DNA of 64,000 bases from assembly GCA_965227295.1 (NCBI GenBank), contig OZ245742.1, forward strand, positions 5,856,001 through 5,920,000. The letters are read 5' to 3'. The DNA is from Leptonemataceae bacterium. GTDB lineage: Bacteria > Spirochaetota > Leptospiria > Leptospirales > Leptonemataceae. The notes below the pieces were generated by a model, which saw only the letters and a program-made list of their open reading frames with translations, made no database searches and was not told the DNA's origin. Shown piece after piece: positions 17,645 to 27,668 of this stretch (position 1 is the first letter of the stretch; every line of letters begins with the position of its first letter). The translations under genes and the position numbers were made by a program.

Positions 17645-19069
17645 TTAGCCGCGGCGCTCGACCACGGACTTCACCTGATCCTGCATGCCTTCGAGCAACT
17701 TCGCGATGTTGCGTTCCATGACGGCGATGTTCTCTTCTTTGGCCAGCTCTTCCATGAGCACATGCACGAAGGTCCGCTGGATTTCGCTGAGCCGCTTCAC
17801 GCCCTCCGGCGAGTTCATGGAACTCTCGAGGCCCATGCGCACGTGCGCGTGCACGTTCGCGAGCACCGGCTTCAGCGCCACGGCCAGGGGCGAATTGAGT
17901 TCCTTCTGCATCGAAGCGTCGATGGACATGGCCACCAGATCGCTCACCTGGGGCTGAATCTGCGGCACGACTTTTTTGCTGATGAGTTCGGTCTGGCTCT
18001 CCAGAAACTCCTGGACCTCGTCCAGCACGCCTTCCTCGGACGCGGTGAGAATCTCCTTGAGCCCGCGGTTCTCGACAATGCCCTTGCTCTGCCGCAGAAT
18101 ATTCAACAACACCATGCCCGAAATTTCCTCGGCGATGATGCCGGCGTTTTCGTGGATGATCTGCGGAGCCAGACCGCTGTCCGGCAAAAACCCGTTGTCG
18201 CCCATGCGATACAGAAACGGAATCACGCGCAGCATGCGAAACCAGGCGGCGTGTTGCACGGGAATCAGCAGAAACAACTCGTACCAGTGCCGCACGACGA
18301 AAACGTACCACAGGCGATAGCGTTTCGTTGCAATGGCGTGAACCCAGCGCACGAGAAAGTCCACCAGAAAGAACAGCACGAACCAGAGGTCGTAGCGATA
18401 AAAGAAGTCCGTGGGTTCTCCGTCCTCGCCGATCCAGCGAAAGTAGTTCTGCTCCATGAGCGGGCGAATCTCAGCCTCGAACCAGGCGATTTCCGAAACG
18501 ACGCGCTCTTCCGTAAGATGCTCCACGCTCCAGAATTCCCGAAAGGAATCCTTGCCGGACTCGTTGTCCATGTGCGCACGCATGCGATTCTTGATCATCT
18601 CGAGCGTGCCGGACTTGCGCGCAATCTGGAACGGATCGTCGTTGACCATCTCCGCGCTTAAGTTGCGCAACTCGTCCAACACCGGGGCGGCAGAGCGCAC
18701 ATCTCCCGCGGCCAGCAGTTCTTCGGCCCGGTCCACGGTGTCCAGGTAACTCACGGTAAAACGATGCGGCTTGATGCCCTTAACATCGTCGTAAATGAGC
18801 AGCAGCGGGTCGTACTCGCCGTCATCGCCCCGGGCATGTAACTCCGGCGGACCGTAAGTTAAGTAGACATCCCGCATGGTGAGCCCGGTGAACGGAACGC
18901 GCATGAGGTAGGTGGCGTCGAAGAAGACGAGCAGCAGATTCACACCGAGGACGGTGCAGTACAGTATTTCATAAATGAGCGACGCAATGCGTGCGAGACC
19001 ACGCGGACGGGGATCATCGAGACTCTTCATAAGCAAGGCCAGTTCCTGATTTTCGACGGAGGGTTTCAT
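17645..19069 (-). CDS. Hypothetical membrane protein with ion-channel S2-S4-like segment
   Basis: FFLVDFLVRW...WYELFLLIP...FRMLRVI resembles voltage-sensor helices; helical cytoplasmic tail. Confidence 0.65.
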   Translation of the reverse strand: MKPSVENQELALLMKSLDDPRPRGLARIASLIYEILYCTVLGVNLLLVFFDATYLMRVPFTGLTMRDVYLTYGPPELHARGDDGEYDPLLLIYDDVKGIKPHRFTVSYLDTVDRAEELLAAGDVRSAAPVLDELRNLSAEMVNDDPFQIARKSGTLEMIKNRMRAHMDNESGKDSFREFWSVEHLTEERVVSEIAWFEAEIRPLMEQNYFRWIGEDGEPTDFFYRYDLWFVLFFLVDFLVRWVHAIATKRYRLWYVFVVRHWYELFLLIPVQHAAWFRMLRVIPFLYRMGDNGFLPDSGLAPQIIHENAGIIAEEISGMVLLNILRQSKGIVENRGLKEILTASEEGVLDEVQEFLESQTELISKKVVPQIQPQVSDLVAMSIDASMQKELNSPLAVALKPVLANVHAHVRMGLESSMNSPEGVKRLSEIQRTFVHVLMEELAKEENIAVMERNIAKLLEGMQDQVKSVVERRG

Positions 19070-19220
19070 GCGAACATCGCGGGCGAAGGACGCGAACGCA
19101 CCTTAGCGCCCCGGGGCATTCCGTCATGTAATTTTTGGCCGGCCCGCTCCGCGACGTGTCTACAAACACTCCATTAACAATTCCGCATGACAGCACGGCC
19201 GCGCGGATCGATACGGACGC

Positions 19221-19859
19221 GTGCGAGGATTCTTTTGCGTCGTAGAGGGCATCGACGGCTCCGGTAAGAGCACGCTCATCGAAGGCCTGGACGTGCGCCT
19301 GCGTGAATTCGTGCAGGCCGGTAGCTTTACAGGCTGCGATCGTCTGCGCGAACCCACGGACGGAACCTACGGCCGCCGCATTCGCGAGCATCTCCGCAAC
19401 CGCGACGATCTCGCGCGCAAGGCCTGGCTCGAACTGTTCCTGCTCGATCGCGCGGAAAACGTCGAAGCCAACATTCAACCGGCGTTGCGCGACGGCCGGT
19501 TCATCTTACAGGATCGCTACTTCTACTCCACCGCCGCTTACCAGGGATTTGTGAACGACTCGCCGACACCGGCGGACATCGTCGCCGTCAGCCTCGGTCG
19601 TGGTTTTCCGGAGCCGGACCTTGTACTGTATCTCGACCTCGCACCGGAGCTGGCCCTGGAACGCATCACCGGCAATCGCGCGAGCACTGAAAGCTTCGAA
19701 ACGCACGAACAACTACAACGTATTCATGCGAACTACGCGAGCATACTGCCGAACGTCACAGTGAAGCTCGATGCTACACGGTCTCCGCAAGATGTTTGTG
19801 ATCAGGCCTGTGCCGCGGTCCTTGCGGCGGTACAAAAACGCGCCCGCGCCGAATCTTAA
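19221..19859 (+). CDS. tmk: Thymidylate kinase
   Basis: EGIDGSGKST, REP, DRYFYSTAAYQG, PDLVLYLD. Confidence 0.95.
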   Translation: MRGFFCVVEGIDGSGKSTLIEGLDVRLREFVQAGSFTGCDRLREPTDGTYGRRIREHLRNRDDLARKAWLELFLLDRAENVEANIQPALRDGRFILQDRYFYSTAAYQGFVNDSPTPADIVAVSLGRGFPEPDLVLYLDLAPELALERITGNRASTESFETHEQLQRIHANYASILPNVTVKLDATRSPQDVCDQACAAVLAAVQKRARAES

Positions 19860-20941
19860 GGTACGATCGACGCTTCGCTGACTTCCACCGACCAGGCGCC
19901 ATCGGATTGGTGTTCGAAGCGGATCGTACAATCCAGGAACTTCGCAATCACGTCGGCGTTGGTCCGTGTATGCAGCGACAACTCCGTCGTCGTAAAACGG
20001 CCGCCGCCGCACAATGCCAGGGGCAGCAGCAGTTGATCGGCCAGGTGTTCACCGACGGCGCCCGCGCCGTGTTCATAGTCCTGCGCCTCCTTCACCGCCG
20101 CCGCGGCCACGGCCTCCGCCGGGCGGCCCTTTTCGCCGATCACGGCGAAGACTTCGGTCACGCGCGCGTACTCAACGTCCAGCAACACCACGTTCCCCGG
20201 TCCGGCGCAGTCTTTCAGGTGACGTACCACCACATGCTCCGGCCCGGCCCCGAACTCCTGCCAGGCCTTTGCGATGGTTCCGGCCTCGCGTTCGGCCACG
20301 TGCGTCGGCAATCGCGACGAGAGCACCGTCGCCCGGCGTCCCCGCAGCGGCCCTCGCTCCACTAAGGCAAACTTGCTGACTTCTTGCGAGATGTGATTAT
20401 CACACGGCGCAATCCGCGCCCGCAGCCTGCCCCCGCCGGCCGGATAAAAGCCGTGCCGCCCCAGCTCGATTCCCACCGTCCCGTCGCGACCACCGGCAAT
20501 GGTATTCAGCAACGGCAGAAAAGATCGTTCCAGAAAATCGAACGAGGGCGCCAGGGGATTGTGCGTGCCACCGCGAATGTCCACCCGGAACGGCGGGCCC
20601 GCGCCCCGGCCGAACAACAGCGGCGGCAGCACCGTCTGCAAGACCAGCGCCGCACTGCCCGCGGTGCCGATGTCGAACTGAAACTCGCGCCGGTGTACGT
20701 CCTGGACACCGGGCCTGAACTCCAGGGTCATCGAAGAAATCGCGTCGCCGCTCAGGGTTCCGCCGCCCACGACAGCGGCGGCGCGTACCGCGGCGAGATG
20801 TTGCGGACGCAACCCGGGCTTCGATCGCCGGGCACGCACGTTTTCGATGCGCACCGGGCGCCCGCTTAAAATTGAAAGTGCCAGGGAAGAACGGAGGATT
20901 TGCCCTCCACCTTCCCCCTCACTGCCGTCGATAATGATCAT
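19856..20941 (-). CDS. rtcA: RNA 3'-terminal phosphate cyclase
   Basis: DGSEGEGGGQILR, PGLRPQHL, GGTH, GFYPAGGG, HLADQL. Confidence 0.95.
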   Translation of the reverse strand: MIIIDGSEGEGGGQILRSSLALSILSGRPVRIENVRARRSKPGLRPQHLAAVRAAAVVGGGTLSGDAISSMTLEFRPGVQDVHRREFQFDIGTAGSAALVLQTVLPPLLFGRGAGPPFRVDIRGGTHNPLAPSFDFLERSFLPLLNTIAGGRDGTVGIELGRHGFYPAGGGRLRARIAPCDNHISQEVSKFALVERGPLRGRRATVLSSRLPTHVAEREAGTIAKAWQEFGAGPEHVVVRHLKDCAGPGNVVLLDVEYARVTEVFAVIGEKGRPAEAVAAAAVKEAQDYEHGAGAVGEHLADQLLLPLALCGGGRFTTTELSLHTRTNADVIAKFLDCTIRFEHQSDGAWSVEVSEASIVP

Positions 20942-21062
20942 AGAACTTTGCACCGGTCCTGCACGGGTTTCACACCACGTTCACCAGGCTGTCACATATT
21001 TTTAACTTTGTCCGGGCACCTTTCGCCAACACTGGAGATTGCGCAAGCCTGCGCGTGCACCT

Positions 21063-21743
21063 ATGATCGTTTACGCCCACCGCGGCGACAACCGCCACTT
21101 CCAGGAAAACACGAAGGCCGCCTTCGATAGCTCGGTGGCCCGCGGCTTCCGCGCCCTGGAACTGGACCTGCGCCGCCTCGGCGACGATTCGGTGGTCGTC
21201 TTTCATGACGCCGACTTCCTGCGCATGGCCGGCCTCGACCGGGATCTCGAGGAACTGGATCTCGCCACTGCCCGGGAACATTTGCCCGAACTGCTGAGCG
21301 CTTACGAATTCATCGCGATGTACGGCCGCACGGACGATCTCAGCATCAACTTCGAAATCAAGGACGATCTGCACACGCTGGATCTCGTCGAGCCGTTCCT
21401 GCGCCTCTGCCCAGGAGCGGTGGTCTCCTCGTTCCGGCACGAGATCGTGGACGCCGCCCTGGATCGCGGCTTCGACGCCGCCTACCTGGTGGAAACGGAA
21501 CAGGTACTCTTCGACGGCCTGCGCCGATTCCGCGGTGACCGCGTCCACGTTTCCACTCAGCTCATCCCGATCATCGCGGAGCAGCCCTCACGCTTTCTCT
21601 ATCACGATCTTTACGTGTACACCATCAATGCAGCGGAGATGGCGGCCCAACTCTTTGAGCACGCCTTCTTCCGCGGCTTCTTTACGGACAATCCGGAACT
21701 GCTGAGCTTCGATACCGGCGTCTCCCTGGAACGCGCGTCGTAA
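21063..21743 (+). CDS. Glycerophosphodiester phosphodiesterase family protein
   Basis: AHRG, ENT..AF, ELD, VFHD, NFEIK, YTIN, FTDNP. Confidence 0.9.
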   Translation: MIVYAHRGDNRHFQENTKAAFDSSVARGFRALELDLRRLGDDSVVVFHDADFLRMAGLDRDLEELDLATAREHLPELLSAYEFIAMYGRTDDLSINFEIKDDLHTLDLVEPFLRLCPGAVVSSFRHEIVDAALDRGFDAAYLVETEQVLFDGLRRFRGDRVHVSTQLIPIIAEQPSRFLYHDLYVYTINAAEMAAQLFEHAFFRGFFTDNPELLSFDTGVSLERAS

Positions 21744-21754
21744 ACATTGCATGA

Positions 21755-23053
21755 CTAACTGTTTGCGAAGACTTCCGTAAGGAACGTCTTCACAAACTGC
21801 GCCGCCCCGCCCTCTCGGGCCTTGAGGTACTCTTCCGCCCGACGACCGGCCTGGCGCCGCGTTTCGTCGTCACTCATCCAGGCCCGGGCCGTGTCGCGAA
21901 TCTGCGCGCCGTGCTCACAGCGCACCAGGCAGCCCTCGCTTTCCAGTTCCAGCGCCACCGGCGACGTATCGATGCGCGGGCCGGTAATGACCGGACGCGC
22001 GAGAGCCGCGGGCTCCGCCGTGTTGTGAATGCGATGATGAAAACCTCCGCCGACGTAACAAAAGTCCGCGTTGCGATAGGCCAGGGCCAGAATGCCCATG
22101 CGGTCCACCAGGACCAGGCGTTCTTTGCCGAGATCGTCCCCGGCCCGGGTAAAACGCGCGCAGGACAGGCCGACTCCGGCGAGGCCGTCTTCGACTTCGC
22201 GCAGGCGTCCCTCGTCGATCTTATGCGGAAAGATCAGCACCTGCCAGCGCGGAAACTCATCCAGCAGCGCGGGCAGCGCCGGGAAGATCTCCGCGTCGTC
22301 CGCCGCGTAGGTGGATGCGAGGATCCACACCGGATTGCGCAGCCGGCGAATGCGCGCCAGCAGGCGTTTGTCGTCGGAGCCCGGTGAGCCGTGGCGAATG
22401 CGAAAGAGGATGGTATCGTAGCGGGTGTCCCCGGTAACCTGCACACGCTCGGGCCGGCTTACGAGTCTACGAAACGTGTCGCGGTTCTCGTCGTTCACGA
22501 CGCCGATGCCGGTGAAGCGATCGTAAGTTGGTCCCCACAAACTTTTAGCGAAGGTACGTGTGCGCCAGGAGTCCGCGGCAAGGGCCGCGCTGCACAGAAA
22601 GCGCGGTACATTTTCTCGTTCCATGCGATACAGCAAATTCGGAAAGACATCCCAGGTCATGGTGGCGAAGGCGCGCACCCGGGCCAGGCGCACCACGTCG
22701 GTCCAGTTCCAGAACAAATCCAGCGGCAAATAAAACATGAGATCGACGCCGGGCAGACGACGCAGGCGCACGCTCAAGCTGAACACGCTGATGATGATGC
22801 GCTGGTTCGGATAACGCACGCGGATTTCCCGGGCGAGGGCCAGGGCCTGGTCCAGCTCCCCGGCGGAGGAACCGTGCAGCCAGATGACACCGTTGTCGTG
22901 GTTGCTGCGATGCAGGCGGGCATAGTCCCGGAGCAAACGATAGCCCTCGCGGCGCGAACGCATGAAGAGGCGCAACTTCGGATGAAGCCTGCCGAAGGTC
23001 TGGTACACCGGCCAGAGTAACAACAGCAGGATATTATAAAAGAAGAGCGCCAT
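21755..23053 (-). CDS. waaA: 3-deoxy-D-manno-octulosonic acid (Kdo) transferase
   Basis: IWLHGSSAGE, YLPLD, TGDTRYD, ASTY, DRMGILALAY, YVGGGF, HNTAEPA. Confidence 0.88.
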   Translation of the reverse strand: MALFFYNILLLLLWPVYQTFGRLHPKLRLFMRSRREGYRLLRDYARLHRSNHDNGVIWLHGSSAGELDQALALAREIRVRYPNQRIIISVFSLSVRLRRLPGVDLMFYLPLDLFWNWTDVVRLARVRAFATMTWDVFPNLLYRMERENVPRFLCSAALAADSWRTRTFAKSLWGPTYDRFTGIGVVNDENRDTFRRLVSRPERVQVTGDTRYDTILFRIRHGSPGSDDKRLLARIRRLRNPVWILASTYAADDAEIFPALPALLDEFPRWQVLIFPHKIDEGRLREVEDGLAGVGLSCARFTRAGDDLGKERLVLVDRMGILALAYRNADFCYVGGGFHHRIHNTAEPAALARPVITGPRIDTSPVALELESEGCLVRCEHGAQIRDTARAWMSDDETRRQAGRRAEEYLKAREGGAAQFVKTFLTEVFANS

Positions 23054-23127
23054 GAGACGGAGATCCGACAATGTCCTCGCCGGAGCGCGGAGAGTCATCC
23101 GAAAACCAGGCAGTCGGGACTACACAA

Positions 23128-23769
23128 ATGAAAGTCATACTCTTCGACATGATGCAAACGCTGATCCATGAGCCGTACTTTGCGGCCATCGGTCGGTTGC
23201 TGCCGGCGGATCTGGACGCGAAAACCTACTTTCACTGGCGCGACAAAGAATCCTTCATCCGCTTCGAGCGCGGTGAGATCGCCGAACACGAACACCTGCA
23301 GCAATTCTATCTACCCGATACACCGGCGGACTTGCTCGAGCGCTTTCCCCGGCCGGAGAAAGTCCGCAAAGCTCTCTTCCAGCAGCTCCGCTACATCGAG
23401 GGCATTCCCGAACTCCTGGCCGAACTCCAGCGCCGGGACGACGTGCGCACGGGCATCGCTTCGAATTACGCGGAGTGGTACACGGAAATCCTGAAGCGCC
23501 TCCCGCGCATTCACGAGGGCATGGACTATCTCTTTTTTTCGTGTGAGATGGGCGTGCGTAAACCCGACGCGTCTTACTATGAGTTGATCGAAACCGCGCT
23601 TCGCAAGGGGCTGCCGCAGTTGAAGGCGTCCGAGATCTTCTTCACGGACGACCGGCAGATCAACCTGGACGCGGCGCAGGAACGTGGCTGGGCGACGTTC
23701 CGGATGCAGGACGATGCGGCAGCGCTACAATCTGCAATCCGGAGATTTCTGAAGGAGCCGGCGTCTTAG
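23128..23769 (+). CDS. HAD superfamily hydrolase
   Basis: ILFDMMQTL, ASN, GVRKPD, FTDDRQINL. Confidence 0.85.
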   Translation: MKVILFDMMQTLIHEPYFAAIGRLLPADLDAKTYFHWRDKESFIRFERGEIAEHEHLQQFYLPDTPADLLERFPRPEKVRKALFQQLRYIEGIPELLAELQRRDDVRTGIASNYAEWYTEILKRLPRIHEGMDYLFFSCEMGVRKPDASYYELIETALRKGLPQLKASEIFFTDDRQINLDAAQERGWATFRMQDDAAALQSAIRRFLKEPAS

Positions 23770-24524
23770 CCGTTGCGGAGCTGCCCTTCCAGTTCGCGGA
23801 TGCGGAATTCCGCGCGCCGACGGGCCGCGCGTTCTTCGTCGTAGTCCGCAAAGGCCTCGCCTCCGTACCGGATTTCGATTTTCCGGCCGGCGGACCAGCC
23901 GGAGCGCGGCAGCACGCGCATGGCCAGGCCCGGCAACACGATGCTTTCGATCCAGCCGTTTGGCCCCGGCTCCCGTTCCAGGTAGGCGCCGTGGACCTGC
24001 TCTCCCGGAACCAGGCTGTACCATTGCAACGAACGCTCGTCGCTGAGCTCCGGAAAGTACAGCAGGAACTCGGGAACACCGTGGCGTTCGTGAAGTTCTT
24101 TCATGAATACCGTGTCTTTCTCTTCTTTGCGGCGATCGTGGATGCTCACGACCTCCAGGGCCAGCAAGAGATCGTTGGCCGTAACGCTGGCGGGTTCGTC
24201 GGTCCAGGCGAGGGCTACATCCGGAGCGAAGACCTTGCGATCCAGAGAACCTCCGGCACCGGCATACCAGACCGGATGATCCGTAAAGAAGCTCAGTCCC
24301 TGCGCTCCCGCAATCGAAGAGAACGCGTTCGAGAGGAAACGAACGGCGTCGTTGTGAGCTCCGCGGTTCACGAAACCCAGTTCCTCATCGAAGTACGGGA
24401 TGCCGGAACCGAAGTCCCGGTGCTCCGCATGCGAGATAGGCTGTGTGCGGTACTGACGAAAGAGCGTTTGATTCAACACGAGCGGCCTCCGGGGCGCGTG
24501 CGGGAACGCTTCTGCGCTTTGCAT
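23766..24524 (-). CDS. Uma2/DUF820 family PD-(D/E)XK endonuclease-like protein
   Basis: APDVA, ALEVVS, K..., GVPEFLLY; C-terminal coiled EERAARRRAE; AGGAGG RBS. Confidence 0.8.
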   Translation of the reverse strand: MQSAEAFPHAPRRPLVLNQTLFRQYRTQPISHAEHRDFGSGIPYFDEELGFVNRGAHNDAVRFLSNAFSSIAGAQGLSFFTDHPVWYAGAGGSLDRKVFAPDVALAWTDEPASVTANDLLLALEVVSIHDRRKEEKDTVFMKELHERHGVPEFLLYFPELSDERSLQWYSLVPGEQVHGAYLEREPGPNGWIESIVLPGLAMRVLPRSGWSAGRKIEIRYGGEAFADYDEERAARRRAEFRIRELEGQLRNG

Positions 24525-24855
24525 GGTTTCCACCTCCTGAATTGGGAAAGAGCAAGCATTGGAGTAGCATGCTCGTGGAGGTAGACCCGCACGCGGATCG
24601 TTCCGCACGATTTTCCAAAAATCGAGAGAAAATTCAGAATTTCGCCAAATCGCCCGGATGGATGGGGGATTTCAGGCTCCGGTGTCCTCGCTCAGGGGGA
24701 CGGCAGCTCTTCCGGATCTACGCGAGTACGAAAAAAAACCCCGGGGGGGAATCCGGGGTTACAGAAGAGTGTTCATGCGAAAAGCGTCTTACGCGGACCG
24801 GCCAGGCCGATCCAGACGCAGACACAAGAATTCGCCCCTGTTTGAAAGTGTCAAT

Positions 24856-26205
24856 TCAGAAATCCGCCGATTGCGCAGATTTTTCCCGGGCCAGCTCCAG
24901 ATAGAACTCCGCCGGGGGGGCCGAGGCCTCTCCGCCGTTCGCAATCAGGTGCCGCGCCCAGCGCCGCTCGGCATACTCGCAAACATCCTGGATGCTCCGC
25001 CCGGACAGCCCGTCGGAAGATCGCGCCAGGGCCTCTAAATCTTCCCGTTCCAGGTGCCGGGCGTAGCGACGGAAAATGGAAGCCCGCTCGCTCGCATTCG
25101 GCAGGGGAAAGCTGATGATGGTATCGAAACGGGACAGCAGCGCCCGGTCCAGGTCCTGGGCCCGGTTGGTGGCGCCGATGGTCAGGATGCCCTCGTGACT
25201 GTCCAGGCCGTCGATTTTACGGAGCAGCACCGAGAGGATGCGCCGCGTGGCCTCGAAGAGGCCGCCCTCCCGGGAGCCGGCCAGGGAATCGATCTCATCG
25301 AGGAACAGAATCGCGCGATCGTAACGGGCGGAGATGTCGAAGATCTGCGCCATGTTCTGGGCCGACTCGCCGTAGTACTTGCTGACGATGTTTTCCACCG
25401 GGACGTAGACCATGGGAATGCCCGTCTCGGACGCGATGATGCGGGCCATGCTGGTCTTGCCGACCCCCGGCGGGCCCTCAAACAGGACCGCTCGCGGGAC
25501 AGTCCCCTGGCTGGTGCCCCGGGCCAGCTTTGCCACGTCGGCGTAGACGCCGGGATGTTTCAACGGGAGAATCACACTCTCGAGGACTTCCTGCTTGGTC
25601 TTTTTGTATCCGGCGAAGCCGTGTTTCTTTACAAAACCGGCCTTTTTTGCGTCGGCGTCTTCCTCGGCCGCCTCGCTGGCCGGGGCCTCCTCCTCGCTGC
25701 GGTAGACCTGCACGCCGATTTCGGCGAGCTTGCGCGTGGGATCGTCCGTGACGGCCCGGGGGTGGAAGAGCTTGAACAGGCTGATCTGGGCCTGGAGTTC
25801 GTCCTGGGTAAGATTGCCCTTGCGGCTCACCTCGATGCGATGACTCGTGGAAATGGAGATGAACTTGAACTTGATGCCCTCGGTGATCTTGCCGCTGAAG
25901 GGATTGCCGGCGTCCTGGAAGATGACGTAGCCGGGCTCCAGGGTATGCACCCGGATGTGATCGACGTGATTCTTGATGAGATTCAGAGCATCGAAGACGC
26001 GTTCTTTGTCGATGTGGGCCACGGGGAACGTGAATTTCGTTTCCCCGCGTTCGAAGACGAAGTTCGGCACCTCACTGAGGCCGCCGCCGACGGCGCTGAG
26101 ATGCGACTCCACCTCGGCCTCCAACTGGGCCCGGGCCCGGGGGAATTCCAGTTCTCCGGAGCGGGCGGTGTCGCTGTCGTTCGTCATAAGCGTTGCTGCG
26201 GTCAT
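24856..26205 (-). CDS. AAA+ family ATPase
   Basis: GPPGVGKT, FLDEIDSL, GATNR..DLDRALLSRFD. Confidence 0.9.
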   Translation of the reverse strand: MTAATLMTNDSDTARSGELEFPRARAQLEAEVESHLSAVGGGLSEVPNFVFERGETKFTFPVAHIDKERVFDALNLIKNHVDHIRVHTLEPGYVIFQDAGNPFSGKITEGIKFKFISISTSHRIEVSRKGNLTQDELQAQISLFKLFHPRAVTDDPTRKLAEIGVQVYRSEEEAPASEAAEEDADAKKAGFVKKHGFAGYKKTKQEVLESVILPLKHPGVYADVAKLARGTSQGTVPRAVLFEGPPGVGKTSMARIIASETGIPMVYVPVENIVSKYYGESAQNMAQIFDISARYDRAILFLDEIDSLAGSREGGLFEATRRILSVLLRKIDGLDSHEGILTIGATNRAQDLDRALLSRFDTIISFPLPNASERASIFRRYARHLEREDLEALARSSDGLSGRSIQDVCEYAERRWARHLIANGGEASAPPAEFYLELAREKSAQSADF

Positions 26206-26323
26206 ACTATCTCTTTCGGCGCGGTTGAAAAATGAATTTGCCCGTTTTTTTCGTTCGAAGAGCCTGTCCGGATGGCCGCGGCGCCCCCGCGCCCGGCCCG
26301 GATACACTCCGTAGATCTCACGC

Positions 26324-26857
26324 ATGAGCGCGAAATGGAAGGCACCCCTGGGCTCCGGCCCCTCCCCGGCCCGTCCGTACCTGCTGGCGGCCTTCGACGA
26401 CGCCGACGCGTTCTTGAGCCTGCGCAAGGACGTGGAGAAGCGCTTCGGCCAGGCCGACTACGAAAGCGAGGCCGTCTCCGGCGATACCCGGGAATCCCTC
26501 TACGGCTTCCTGCCCCGGCGCATGGTCCGTGTGCTGAGCTTCCAGCGCCCGGTCTCCCGGGAGGAGTTGGTCGACATCCGCCAGAGCTGCATCGCCATCG
26601 AGACGAAACACCAGGTGCACGGCCGGCCGATTGTGGAACTGGACCCGGGCTATGTGAGCGAGTTCACCGTGGTTCGCACGTCGCTGGCCGAGGACTTTCA
26701 CCGGATCTATCTCTACGGCGGCGTATTCGCCGAAACGCTCTTCTTCTTTGAACGTCTGTCGTTCCGCCCGCAAATCCACACGCCGCAGTTCTTCCGGAAA
26801 AAAGAAGTGGTCTCCGTCTTCAACGACCTGCGTTTGATTCACATGGCGGACGGATAA
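26324..26857 (+). CDS. DUF4416-like protein
   Basis: IAIE...R.VELDPGY...HRIYL..GVFAE pattern. Confidence 0.65.
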   Translation: MSAKWKAPLGSGPSPARPYLLAAFDDADAFLSLRKDVEKRFGQADYESEAVSGDTRESLYGFLPRRMVRVLSFQRPVSREELVDIRQSCIAIETKHQVHGRPIVELDPGYVSEFTVVRTSLAEDFHRIYLYGGVFAETLFFFERLSFRPQIHTPQFFRKKEVVSVFNDLRLIHMADG

Positions 26858-26863
26858 GATTTT

Positions 26864-27030
26864 GACTCCGAGGACCGAGGTACCGAGATGAAGACAAGTC
26901 TTGAGGGGGTAGCGGAGGACCGGGAGCGCGAGTCAGCGCTGCCCGGAGGGTGGCGCGGTCGCCGCAGGCGAGACTCGCGCGTTCGCGCAGCGACCCGGGC
27001 CGGAGCGAGGGGGAGCGTAGCTCCCCCCTT
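26864..27030. repeat. REP-like palindromic segment beginning with ACTCCGAGGACCGAGG
   Basis: Shares ACTCCGAGGACCGAGGT with 28303; GC-rich hairpins. Confidence 0.5.
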
Positions 27031-27577
27031 AAAATATGTTTTACTCTTCTTTCTTCTTCTCGGAACGGCGCATTGCCACTGGTTTGTGCCGCTCGAAATC
27101 GAAGCGGTGTCATTTTGTGATCTGTACGAAGAGAACGGTTGCGTGGAACCCTGGAACGGAACGCGGCGGACTTACTCGCCTGAGATCCCGGAGTACAAGC
27201 AGGATTCGTGGTACGATCTCGGCTATCACATGTACTTTCACACACGCGAGACGCCGGGCGTGCGTGTGAAATTCAATCGCGGCCTCAGTTCCGGCGAAAT
27301 CGCCGGTCTGGAAAAAAACCTGCACTGCGAGTACGAACTGGAACGCGATGGCAAGATCGTAAGCGGGCACCTGGAAGGCACGCGGGTGGACGCCGACGGC
27401 ATCTGGTGCTTCGATTACCTCGGCACCATGCTCGTGAACTGGCACAAAGAGAACGGCTCGGAACAACAGCGGCCGTCCGCGGACTTTTTTCCGGTGCAGT
27501 TACGCCTGTTTTTCGCCGCGGGGCAGCCGGCCATCGACGGTGAGATCGAAGGCGCGGTAGTCGTGAATTTCGAGTAG
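26888..27577 (+). CDS. Hypothetical exported protein/lipoprotein (true start uncertain, coding-like part from ~27030)
   Basis: KYVLLFFLLLGTAHC signal/lipobox-like segment followed by a globular region. Confidence 0.6.
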   Translation: MKTSLEGVAEDRERESALPGGWRGRRRRDSRVRAATRAGARGSVAPPLKYVLLFFLLLGTAHCHWFVPLEIEAVSFCDLYEENGCVEPWNGTRRTYSPEIPEYKQDSWYDLGYHMYFHTRETPGVRVKFNRGLSSGEIAGLEKNLHCEYELERDGKIVSGHLEGTRVDADGIWCFDYLGTMLVNWHKENGSEQQRPSADFFPVQLRLFFAAGQPAIDGEIEGAVVVNFE

Positions 27578-27668
27578 CCGGCCGCCGCGAAGCGCGATTC
27601 GACGCGGTGATTCTGAAAAAAAACAGTTTCATTCACGGCCGGAGCGTTTATCCTGGCGGCAAGCGCCG

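Noticed and set aside
23766..24524. Uma2 nuclease as part of a defence system
   Set aside because: A common multi-copy family with no partner genes here.
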